Shown in pieces: positions 19,996 through 28,708 of a stretch of 64,000 nucleotides of DNA (position 1 is the first letter of the stretch; each line of letters begins with the position of its first letter). The DNA comes from Minisyncoccia bacterium (GTDB lineage: Bacteria > Patescibacteriota > Minisyncoccia > Phycocordibacterales > UBA9973): NCBI GenBank assembly GCA_039809245.1, contig JBDHUP010000002.1, positions 11,188 to 75,187 on the forward strand. Reading direction: 5' to 3'. The position numbers and the translations under genes were made by a program. The notes beneath the pieces were generated by a model, which did not search any database, was not told the DNA's origin, and saw nothing but the letters and a program-made list of their open reading frames with translations.

Positions 19996-21642
19996 TTATT
20001 TTATGGTAATTGAAATGGTAAAGTTTATATCTGAAGATTCCAAGAAATCTGATATAGGTAGCGTAACTGTACTGAATTTCTTGATTGAATCTAGGCTAGA
20101 TTTAAAATCGCGCAAAGTTGAACGGTCAGAAGCAATCCCCATAATCTTTATAGATTTCGAGTTATCTCCTGATTCAGTATAAGATATATCGGAGAAGGTG
20201 ATTCCTTTAGGTTTGATATTAATAATACTTTCAGTTAATTCATCGCTAACAACGTAATCAGTTTTCTTTGAATCAAGGAGGGTTAATTTTGTATTTATTT
20301 CAGCAATTTTTTTATCAATACTCTCTGTTTCTACCTCTGGGTTACTCTGATTAAAAGCTTCTAATCTATTCTCAGCAAGATCGGCTTTAGACTTTGAAAA
20401 GAAGTATAGTGGGAACATTAGAAGGATAGCTGTGACCATTGTGACAGTAAATAGTGATAATATTACACTAGTAAACCTCATCCAATATTCTCTTTTTAAC
20501 TTCTTTTTTTCTTCAACGGGCAATACATTCATCAATGTTTGTGGTTTCTGTATATAGTCAGCAAGGGCAAGACCCAACATTGTGGCATAACCGAAAGATT
20601 CCTCGAAGGACATGTCAGGGACTGATATCTTCATATCAGAAACATTGACCCAAGCATTTGCATTCTCAACTCGAAGCGACATACTAGACTCCAAGTATTC
20701 AGCAAGGCCAGCTAGGTTTGCATCTCCCCCACATAAAATTATATGACTTATGTCTTCATGTTTTATTCCTGGTTCTTCGTGAGTTTTCCAATATACATAT
20801 TGTTTATTTAATTCGTCACGTAAAACAGAGAGTCCATTTAGAATTGCCGGGAATATATCCTCAGTATTTAATGGTGTTTCTCTTAACCCATGCGATCTTT
20901 TTAGTTCTTCAGCTTTTTCAAATGAGATTGAGAAGTTCTTTGCGATCATATTAGTAAGATTTGTACCACCAATATCTAACGTCGTTGTAAAAAAGACCCT
21001 ACCATTATAAGCAATAGAAGCTCCAGTTCTGGCCTCACCGAAATCAACAATAAGTACCGCACTAGGATCATTAACCGGAACCACTGCACGAGCTATTGCT
21101 TGAGCTTCAAGCTCAAATGAAAGCGGGACTAGACCAGAAGCTCTAAAAACAGATAGATAACTCTCTATCATTTCAGTGGCGATGGCTAAAACCTCAACAT
21201 AAATAGACTGACCGTCTTCAGATATAATATCGTAGTCGAAAGTTGTGTCTATTGCTTGGAGAGGTATGTGTTCTTCAAGTTGAAGGAGGATGGTATCTCT
21301 AATCTCATCTTCTTTCATTTTTGGCAAAGCGAGAGTAAATAAGTACATTTGTTCTTCTGGTAAAGATATACGAACAAAGTGTAATCGCTCACGCTTTGCC
21401 AAATCTTTCAAGATTTTAATTAGTTCAGCTTCTTTTTCAATCTTACCAGAGACAATAACCCCAGGTGGAATATTTTCTTTACCGAACCGTCCAAGTCGTA
21501 GCCCTAAAGGTGTAGCTAAAAGTTCCCCATACTTTATAGATAGATCTGAAATATCCAGAGCGCAAGAATTCATCGCCAAGAATGATGGCGTTGGGAAATG
21601 ACGACTGTATAATTTCTTCATTACTATTTTATTATACGACAC
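19996..21642 (-). CDS. pilM: Type IV pilus assembly PilM (actin-like ATPase fold) fused to a PilN-like TM/periplasmic domain
   Basis: N-terminal 350 aa FtsA/PilM-like; then TM (FTSVILSLFTVTMVTAILL) and PilN-like C-terminus. Confidence 0.7.
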   Translation of the reverse strand: MSYNKIVMKKLYSRHFPTPSFLAMNSCALDISDLSIKYGELLATPLGLRLGRFGKENIPPGVIVSGKIEKEAELIKILKDLAKRERLHFVRISLPEEQMYLFTLALPKMKEDEIRDTILLQLEEHIPLQAIDTTFDYDIISEDGQSIYVEVLAIATEMIESYLSVFRASGLVPLSFELEAQAIARAVVPVNDPSAVLIVDFGEARTGASIAYNGRVFFTTTLDIGGTNLTNMIAKNFSISFEKAEELKRSHGLRETPLNTEDIFPAILNGLSVLRDELNKQYVYWKTHEEPGIKHEDISHIILCGGDANLAGLAEYLESSMSLRVENANAWVNVSDMKISVPDMSFEESFGYATMLGLALADYIQKPQTLMNVLPVEEKKKLKREYWMRFTSVILSLFTVTMVTAILLMFPLYFFSKSKADLAENRLEAFNQSNPEVETESIDKKIAEINTKLTLLDSKKTDYVVSDELTESIINIKPKGITFSDISYTESGDNSKSIKIMGIASDRSTLRDFKSSLDSIKKFSTVTLPISDFLESSDINFTISITIK

Positions 21643-21670
21643 TTATGTGTGTTATAAAAGCAGAATAAGT

Positions 21671-22270
21671 TTATAAACTAGGTTTCTTTGATGACTCAAT
21701 TATATATTTGTAGATAAGCGGAATAAGAGAGATAAAAATTATAACTACTATTATTGGTAGTATATAAGTGTCTGGATTTGGGATTAAACTCCCTAAGAAA
21801 TATCCGAGTGAAATTAAGAGAGTAACCCACAAGACTCCTCCTATTATGTTGTATGAGATAAATGTCCTATATCTCATCTTACCAATACCAGCGACAATTG
21901 GAGCAAACGTCCTAATAATCGGAATAAATCTAGCTATAACTATAGTATATATACCGTGCTTCTTGTAAAAAGCTTCTGCATCATCTATTCTTTTCTTCTT
22001 AAAGAAGAAACCTTTATCTTTATAAAAAAGCTTCGGGCCCATAACCTTACCCATCCAGTAACCAATACTGTCCCCAAATATTGCCGCTATAATGCAGCCG
22101 ACAATAAGAACTTTAATATCGAAAAATCCGCTCGCTGCAATTAACCCAGCACTAAATAGTAGTGAGTCGCCTGGTAAGAAAAATCCGAAGAATAATCCGG
22201 ACTCAGCGAAAACCATAAGAAAGACTCCTATTATTCCAACTGTCTTTATTATAATAATAGGATCTGGCAT
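21671..22270 (-). CDS. DedA/SNARE-associated (TVP38) family membrane protein
   Basis: 199 aa; conserved DedA core. Confidence 0.8.
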   Translation of the reverse strand: MPDPIIIIKTVGIIGVFLMVFAESGLFFGFFLPGDSLLFSAGLIAASGFFDIKVLIVGCIIAAIFGDSIGYWMGKVMGPKLFYKDKGFFFKKKRIDDAEAFYKKHGIYTIVIARFIPIIRTFAPIVAGIGKMRYRTFISYNIIGGVLWVTLLISLGYFLGSLIPNPDTYILPIIVVIIFISLIPLIYKYIIESSKKPSL

Positions 22271-22271
22271 A

Positions 22272-22607
22272 TTATCTTACTTTACTACCCGCATTAACTT
22301 CAACTTCAGGAACTAAGAATACGGGTCGGCCATCGCTACCATCTACAGCCATAAGCATTCCTTTACTTTCAACCTCTTTAATCATTCGAGGTTCAAGGTT
22401 TACTATATATAGAACTTGTTTGCCAACCAAATTTTCATATTCAGGATAGAATTCATGAATGCCAGAAACAATTTGTCGAAGTTCCCCTTCTCCGAAATCA
22501 ATCATGCATTTTAAAAGTTTGTCTGTCTCTGGCACTGGCTCAACTTCACGAATAGTTCCGACTCGTATATCCATCTTCTTAAATTCATCGTATGTTACGT
22601 ATTCCAT
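22272..22607 (-). CDS. tRNA-binding domain protein (CsaA/Myf-like)
   Basis: 111 aa OB-fold tRNA-binding domain pattern. Confidence 0.7.
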   Translation of the reverse strand: MEYVTYDEFKKMDIRVGTIREVEPVPETDKLLKCMIDFGEGELRQIVSGIHEFYPEYENLVGKQVLYIVNLEPRMIKEVESKGMLMAVDGSDGRPVFLVPEVEVNAGSKVR

Positions 22608-22620
22608 AATTTTAATATTA

Positions 22621-23043
22621 TTAATTATTATTCTTTTTGTCTAAGTATCTTTGAAGGATTAGTGCGGCGGCGGATGCATCAGCTTGAGATTGATCTTCCT
22701 TTTTTGTTTTTCTGGCACTTTTACTTTCTTTGCCTTCTCTTCCACGCGCTTCAACAGTTGTCATGAATTCAGATTGAAAATAAACTGGTAATCCGGTATC
22801 AGCCTCGAGGTTGCGTTTGAATTCTTCAATACTTCCCATTATTTTATTACGAGCTCCTGATAAGTCGTGCGACTCACCGAGAACAATAGCACTTATATTC
22901 TCATCATTGCATAGCCTTTCTATAGCCTCCATTAAAGACATATTATTAGGAAGTATTGCTTTCGGGAAAGCTAATGTGCCCCCCTCATCTGATATAGCAA
23001 CTCCAACTCTTTTTGATCCATAATCTATACCTAAATGCTTCAT
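22621..23043 (-). CDS. ruvX: Holliday junction resolvase-like RuvX/YqgF
   Basis: MKHLGIDYGSKRVGVAISDE N-terminal signature. Confidence 0.85.
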   Translation of the reverse strand: MKHLGIDYGSKRVGVAISDEGGTLAFPKAILPNNMSLMEAIERLCNDENISAIVLGESHDLSGARNKIMGSIEEFKRNLEADTGLPVYFQSEFMTTVEARGREGKESKSARKTKKEDQSQADASAAALILQRYLDKKNNN

Positions 23044-23097
23044 ATATAATAGCCTATCATAATTGCGGGAAAAAGGTATTTCTGCTATGATTCGCCT

Positions 23098-23325
23098 ATG
23101 GAAGTTTTAGGGCAAAAGAATATGTGGATGCTTGTAATTGCTACGCTTTGGGTCCTTCCTTGGAAAGGATATGCACTCTGGACTGCGTCAAAAATGGGCC
23201 ATAAACGATGGTTTATCGCATTGATAATTCTAAACACATTTGCAATCATTGATATCTTTTATATTTTTTATATTGCTAAGAAAACTCCAAAAGATTTAAG
23301 GAATTCCTTAAAAACAAAAATTTAA
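23098..23325 (+). CDS. Small 2-TM membrane protein
   Basis: 75 aa ORF. Confidence 0.3.
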   Translation: MEVLGQKNMWMLVIATLWVLPWKGYALWTASKMGHKRWFIALIILNTFAIIDIFYIFYIAKKTPKDLRNSLKTKI

Positions 23326-23340
23326 AATTAAATACACACT

Positions 23341-23427
23341 GGAGGTGTGGCTGAGTGGTTGAAGGCACTTGTCTTGAAAACAAGAGACCGTTTACGCGGT
23401 CCGTGAGTTCGAATCTCACCGCCTCCG
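23341..23427 (+). tRNA. tRNA-Ser (anticodon TGA), long variable arm; integration target
   Basis: Manual cloverleaf; anticodon loop CTTGAAA; acceptor GGAGGTG/CGCCTCC. Confidence 0.85.
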
Positions 23428-23429
23428 CA
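23414..23429 (+). repeat. attL: 16-bp tctcaccgcctccgca (3' end of tRNA-Ser), exactly repeated at 41904-41919
   Basis: Exact match found by eye. Confidence 0.65.
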
Positions 23430-23500
23430 TTGACAACTTGGTAGATACATGACCTGATTACTTATGTAACTAGTGCGACCCACAAACCTATCAAGTTACA

Positions 23501-23530
23501 AAAAAGAGCGATTCATTTCGCTCTTTTTTG
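23501..23530 (-). terminator. Hairpin agagcgattcatttcgctct plus T-run; terminator of the 189-aa gene. A near-identical hairpin lies at 41925-41942
   Basis: Seen in sequence. Confidence 0.55.
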
Positions 23531-24100
23531 TTATTTGTTTTCAAACTTTCTAACGATACGTTCATGTATCTGTATTAACTGTTCCTCAGTAAATATTTTG
23601 TCATATTTCCAGATCTTCCCTCCGAGAGAAAAAGCCTTCAAATAAGCTTCGCAATAGGTTTTTGGGTTTATAACCAAAACGTCATCTCTTTTCTCCCATC
23701 CTAAATCTAATTGGTAATCGTATTCTATTCTGTGTCCCATAGATCCAAGCCATTGGTGAGCAAGAATATTTCGCCAGTTATGAATATCTTCTGCTATTAA
23801 AGAAAACTTGAGATCATCCGTATCTCCATCAACAAAAGTTTCAAGGAATTGTTTGTAATCCTTGAACATCGAATTTGGACTTTCATTCGCAAAGAATACT
23901 TCGCCAACAGTAAGTGCCGATGCATGAACACCTAGAAACATCAAAGATGTTTGGTAGTGCGAAGGTGTCACTCCAATTTCATTATTGAAATAGTTTGCGA
24001 TGGAATTAAGTAGAGTTTCAATTGCCTCTACTGGATGACTCTTGAGTCGCTCAAGACGATGTTCTTGTGACTCTGAATTGTGTGAACGATTTTGACTCAT
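23531..24100 (-). CDS. Hypothetical protein with an R-x4-H motif (RNILAH), possible HEPN-like
   Basis: 189 aa; motif seen in translation; first gene inside the island. Confidence 0.3.
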   Translation of the reverse strand: MSQNRSHNSESQEHRLERLKSHPVEAIETLLNSIANYFNNEIGVTPSHYQTSLMFLGVHASALTVGEVFFANESPNSMFKDYKQFLETFVDGDTDDLKFSLIAEDIHNWRNILAHQWLGSMGHRIEYDYQLDLGWEKRDDVLVINPKTYCEAYLKAFSLGGKIWKYDKIFTEEQLIQIHERIVRKFENK

Positions 24101-24162
24101 ACTTTAATTTTAGCATTTTTCAAATTTGACTCCACACACTGTTTTTTAGAGAGTTTGAGTGT

Positions 24163-25542
24163 ATGAATAATATAAATGAAAGGTCTGTGGGAAATGCGAC
24201 CTTACCAAATAAACCACTTCCCGTTATTAAGTACTGTCTCTATGCTCGTAAATCAATGGAAGACGAAGAACGGCAAGCTTTGTCTATTGATTCACAGCTA
24301 AAAGAAATGAAGCAAATAGCAGAAAGAGATAATCTCTATGTCGCTACTATGCGAACAGAAGCTCACTCTGCAAAGAATTCTGGTCAACGTCCTGTCTTTA
24401 ATCAAATGATTGAAGAAATACGTGAGGGTAAATACAACGCAATTCTTACATGGAATCCAGATCGTTTAAGCAGAAATGCTGGCGATCTCGGTGTATTGGT
24501 TGATCTTATGGACAGTCAATTATTAGTTGAGATACGGACCTATAATCAAAAGTTTAGTAACTCACCGAATGAAAAGTTTTTACTCATGATACTTGGTTCT
24601 CAAGCAAAACTTGAGAATGACAATAAGAGTATTAATGTGAAGCGTGGTCTTCGTACCAAGGTTGAGATGGGATTATGGCCCACTGTTGCACCAACAGGAT
24701 ATCTAAACAACATGACTCGAGGCAAAGAGGGTCATGTGATTATCGATCCAATTCGTGCACACGTTGTAAAACAAATATTCCAACTCGCAGCAGAAGGCTG
24801 GAGTCATAGAAGAATCAGAAGATGGCTTCGTGATGATTTGGATTTCAGATCCAAAAACAATAAGCACTTGGCTATGAGTACGATACAGAAAATATTATGT
24901 ACTCCTTTCTATTATGGCGAGTTTGAGTTTCCTAGAAAAAGTGGCAATTGGTATAAAGGTATTCATACACCACTCATTACAAAAGAATTATATGATCAGG
25001 TGCGAGAGCAGACTGACGCAAAGAAAAGATTGCAATATGTGTACAAGAAAAACTTTGCCTATACCAAGTTAATGAAGTGTGGTTTGTGTGGTGGAAATGT
25101 TACCGCAGAGGAAAAGTTCAAGGCTCTCAAAGACGGATCTATCGCTCGATATGTTTACTATGGATGCACTCGATCCAAAGATCCATCATGTAAGATTAAA
25201 TATATTCGTGAGGAATATCTCATCCAATCACTTCGTGAGTTGGTTGATAAATTATCACTCGACGATCTTGGTTTGCGTGGTCAATTTGAGAAAGAGGTTG
25301 AACGTATCCACCGATTCAACTGTGATGTTATGGGCAAACCACCCATGTATACCGATTCTGAAGAGCAAGATGTTGATATTAAAAAGTATATTAAATACAT
25401 TCTTCTCGATGGTTCTATAGAAGAGAAACGAAACATACTCCTCAATCTGAAGAGTAAATTAATTCTCAAGGACGGCTTCGTTTATCTCGATGTTGTTACA
25501 GATGAAGACGAGAGTCTTATGCCTACTCCTGTAGGAGATTAA
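24163..25542 (+). CDS. Large serine recombinase (resolvase catalytic domain, recombinase domain, zinc ribbon, coiled coil)
   Basis: YARKS catalytic-serine motif, CGLCGG...C zinc ribbon, 459 aa. Confidence 0.85.
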   Translation: MNNINERSVGNATLPNKPLPVIKYCLYARKSMEDEERQALSIDSQLKEMKQIAERDNLYVATMRTEAHSAKNSGQRPVFNQMIEEIREGKYNAILTWNPDRLSRNAGDLGVLVDLMDSQLLVEIRTYNQKFSNSPNEKFLLMILGSQAKLENDNKSINVKRGLRTKVEMGLWPTVAPTGYLNNMTRGKEGHVIIDPIRAHVVKQIFQLAAEGWSHRRIRRWLRDDLDFRSKNNKHLAMSTIQKILCTPFYYGEFEFPRKSGNWYKGIHTPLITKELYDQVREQTDAKKRLQYVYKKNFAYTKLMKCGLCGGNVTAEEKFKALKDGSIARYVYYGCTRSKDPSCKIKYIREEYLIQSLRELVDKLSLDDLGLRGQFEKEVERIHRFNCDVMGKPPMYTDSEEQDVDIKKYIKYILLDGSIEEKRNILLNLKSKLILKDGFVYLDVVTDEDESLMPTPVGD

Positions 25543-26899
25543 TCCTTTTATCATTCAGCACTAGTCTACTTCTTAAGTGTCCCAGTAGCTCACGCTTCTC
25601 AAGCGGTGTACCTTCACGCAACACATACTTAGCATATTCCCGAGTATTCACATCATCTTCATTGATGCTGTATTTTGGTGTACCTTTTGTTGCTAGTCTC
25701 TGTAATCTATTGAATCGCTTGATTTCTTCTTCGAGTTTCATTCGCATACCCAACTCATTGATGCTTACCTTATCGATGACCTTAAATAATTCTTCGATCA
25801 GTTCTTCTTCTCGTATGTATTTGTTTTTACAATTCCTATCCTTGGACTTACTGCATGAATAGTAGACGTACTTTGCTGTTGTTCCATCTTTAAGTTCCTT
25901 ATATTTCTCTTGTGCTGTTATTCCTGATTCACACATCCCGCAGGTGAATAATTTAGTGAATGCAAACTCTCTATTTTCTCGCACTATCTTATCTCTCTTT
26001 AATCTATCTTGAGCCTTATCAAACAATTCCTTAGTGATCAACGGTTCGTGCGATCCTTGATACCACTGTCCTGAGTTTCGTGGATATTCAAATGGTCCGT
26101 AGTAGATTGGCATATCGAATATACGATAAACCCCCGACAGAGTCAGGGGTTTATTCCCTCGAGTATAGAAGTTCAAATCGAACCGTAACCAGTTATAGAC
26201 TTTTCTACCACTCCATCCTTCGAATGCAACTTTCTCAAACATCTGTTTTATGACATGAGCACGATCTGGATCGGGTATGATCTGACACTTCTTATCCATT
26301 CTTTTCTGATTGATGTATCCCAGCGGTGCCATTCCGGGCCAGAGACCTGATTCAACTCGGGTACGCAGTCCACGCTTCACATTGATACCTCGGTTATCGT
26401 TTTCGAGTTTAGCCTGACTTCCCAAAATCATCAGGAGGAATTTCTCGTTTGGATTGTTTGAAAATGTCTGACCGAATGTTCGTATCTGTAAAAGTTTTCC
26501 TGCATCCATCAAGTCCACAATTTTTCCAAGGTCTCCTGCGTTTCTACTGATACGGTCAGGTGCCCACGTGAGAATCGCATTATATTTACCATCTTTTATT
26601 TCTTCGATTATTTCATTGAATACTGGTCGCTGACCCGTTTCCTTTGCCGAATGGCTTTCTCTTTTCATTGCCACAATCTCCAAGCCCTCACGATCTGCCA
26701 ACTGAAGCATTTCTTTGATCTGGGAGTCGATAGAGAGGACTTGGCGTTCTTCTGACTCGCTCGATTTTCTGGCGTACAGACAATACTGTGTTTTTACGCT
26801 TTTAATATCTATTTGGGGCATCTCAAAGCCCTGTGGTGCTGTTATTTTCATACAACCCATTAATGACGCAGACCATTTGAGGAGTCTAGAGCGTCCCAT
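25523..26899 (-). CDS. Large serine recombinase, paralog of the preceding gene; convergent with a 20-bp 3' overlap
   Basis: CLYARKS motif, CGMC...C zinc ribbon; ~55-60% identity to the neighbour by eye; start probably at an internal Met (MKITAPQ or MPQIDIK). Confidence 0.85.
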   Translation of the reverse strand: MGRSRLLKWSASLMGCMKITAPQGFEMPQIDIKSVKTQYCLYARKSSESEERQVLSIDSQIKEMLQLADREGLEIVAMKRESHSAKETGQRPVFNEIIEEIKDGKYNAILTWAPDRISRNAGDLGKIVDLMDAGKLLQIRTFGQTFSNNPNEKFLLMILGSQAKLENDNRGINVKRGLRTRVESGLWPGMAPLGYINQKRMDKKCQIIPDPDRAHVIKQMFEKVAFEGWSGRKVYNWLRFDLNFYTRGNKPLTLSGVYRIFDMPIYYGPFEYPRNSGQWYQGSHEPLITKELFDKAQDRLKRDKIVRENREFAFTKLFTCGMCESGITAQEKYKELKDGTTAKYVYYSCSKSKDRNCKNKYIREEELIEELFKVIDKVSINELGMRMKLEEEIKRFNRLQRLATKGTPKYSINEDDVNTREYAKYVLREGTPLEKRELLGHLRSRLVLNDKRINLLQE

Positions 26900-26959
26900 T
26901 TCCTAGCTGTTGGTAACTAAATTACCCTTATTTTTCAATGTAAGCTAGGATACAGACCT

Positions 26960-28702
26960 ATGAAAACCTATGAACACTTGACTTTATATCTTGAATCTGA
27001 TAGACTCAAATTACAACATATGAGAAAAGATATACAAGAAAAACTTAAGGGGATGCCAGAATTACTCTCTATCGGTCAGGTAGCAGAGATTTTCTCTATC
27101 CACCAAGACACCCTACGAAACTGGGAAAAAGACGGAACACTCGTCCCTCTTAGAGTCGGACCACGAAAAGATCGAAAGTACCGCCCACAAGACATTGAAG
27201 CAATTGTCGACAAAATGGGTAGCAAATTGACCCTTCCTCAACTTGAATCGTTCCTCTGGAAGAGTGCTGACATTCTTCGAGGAAAAATCGACAGTTCTGA
27301 TTACAAGAAATATATCTTTGGTCTTCTTTTCTACAAGCGAATGAGTGACGTTTGGGATGAAGAGTTCAACGCTGTAATGAAAGAGTACGATGATAAAGAT
27401 ATCGCTCGTGCAGACTACAATCACCGTTTCCAAGTTCCTAAAGATTGTCGATGGGAAAAAATTACAGAGCAAGCAGAAAACATCGGACAAAAACTCAATG
27501 ATATTTTTGATAAATTAACCAATGCAAACAGTCCGAAACTAGATAAAATTTTTGATGACCTAGACTTTGCAAACAAAGACCGTTTTCCAAACGAAACACT
27601 TCAGCGACTGATCAATCACTTTTCTCAATACAACTTTGGTAATACTTACATCAGCTCTGATCTCCTTGGTGACGCATATGAATACCTGATCAAACAGTTT
27701 GCAGCGGATGCAGGTAAGAAAGGTGGAGAGTTCTACACGCCTCGTGAAGTTGAAAAAGTTATCGTGGGCATTCTAAAGCCACACCAGAAAGACCACATCT
27801 ACGATCCAACAGTTGGATCGGGTGGTTTCCTTTTGGAAGCATATGACTATTTGAAACAAAAGTCTGGTGAAAAGATCGCAAAGACTTTGTATCTATACGG
27901 TCAAGAACAAAACCTTGCAACCTTTGCGATTGCGAAAATTAACATGTTCCTCCACGGACTTGATAGTGCCGATATTCGCCGAGGTGACACATTGGCAAAT
28001 CCACAATTCCTTAATCAACAAGGAGGTCTTCAAACATTCGACATTGTAGTAGCTAATCCTCCGTACTCAATCAAAGACTATGAATGGGAGGCATTCAAGA
28101 ATAAGTTTGGTCGTTTGGAGGGATACGATGCACCACCCGAGAAAAATGCTGATTATGCTTTTGTCCTCCATATAATCAAATCAATGAACACTAATGGTCG
28201 TGCAGGTATTGTGTTGCCACACGGTGTCTTAACTCGAGGTAATGCTGAGGCACGAATCCGTGAACAAATACTTAAAAATGATCTTGTTGAGGCAATTGTT
28301 GCTCTACCATCAAAACTATTCTATGGGACAGGTATTCCTGCCGTAGTGGTTATCCTTAACAAAAACAAAGCTGAGGACAAGAAAAACAAGGTTTTGATTA
28401 TCGATGCCGAAAAAGATTTTCAGGAAGGCAAAAATCAAAATACTCTAAGACCTGCCGATATAAATAAGATTGTAAAAGCATTTAATGGATACGAGGATAT
28501 CGATAAATACGCATGTGTTGTAACATTGAAAGATATAGAGGAGAAAGATTTTAACCTTAATATCCGAGAGTACATTGATTCATCTGAAGAAGAGGAGGTT
28601 ATTGATGTGAAAAAAGTAAGAAGTGAAATTGCTTCACTTAAAAAAGAATTATCAAAAGCAGATGCTTTAGTTGAAAAGTATTTAGATGAGCTTGGCTATT
28701 AA
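26960..28702 (+). CDS. hsdM: Type I R-M N6-adenine DNA methyltransferase HsdM carrying an ~85-aa N-terminal excisionase/MerR-type HTH extension
   Basis: HsdM N-domain (LTLPQLESFLWKSADILRG), motif I DPTVGSGGFL, motif IV NPPYS; N-terminal LSIGQVAEIFSIHQDTLRNWEKDG HTH. Confidence 0.9.
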   Translation: MKTYEHLTLYLESDRLKLQHMRKDIQEKLKGMPELLSIGQVAEIFSIHQDTLRNWEKDGTLVPLRVGPRKDRKYRPQDIEAIVDKMGSKLTLPQLESFLWKSADILRGKIDSSDYKKYIFGLLFYKRMSDVWDEEFNAVMKEYDDKDIARADYNHRFQVPKDCRWEKITEQAENIGQKLNDIFDKLTNANSPKLDKIFDDLDFANKDRFPNETLQRLINHFSQYNFGNTYISSDLLGDAYEYLIKQFAADAGKKGGEFYTPREVEKVIVGILKPHQKDHIYDPTVGSGGFLLEAYDYLKQKSGEKIAKTLYLYGQEQNLATFAIAKINMFLHGLDSADIRRGDTLANPQFLNQQGGLQTFDIVVANPPYSIKDYEWEAFKNKFGRLEGYDAPPEKNADYAFVLHIIKSMNTNGRAGIVLPHGVLTRGNAEARIREQILKNDLVEAIVALPSKLFYGTGIPAVVVILNKNKAEDKKNKVLIIDAEKDFQEGKNQNTLRPADINKIVKAFNGYEDIDKYACVVTLKDIEEKDFNLNIREYIDSSEEEEVIDVKKVRSEIASLKKELSKADALVEKYLDELGY

Positions 28703-28708
28703 TACAAT

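Noticed and set aside
25079-25469. ORFs 25079-25420 (+) and 25281-25469 (-) inside recombinase A
   Set aside because: They are alternative frames or antisense of a conserved serine recombinase gene.
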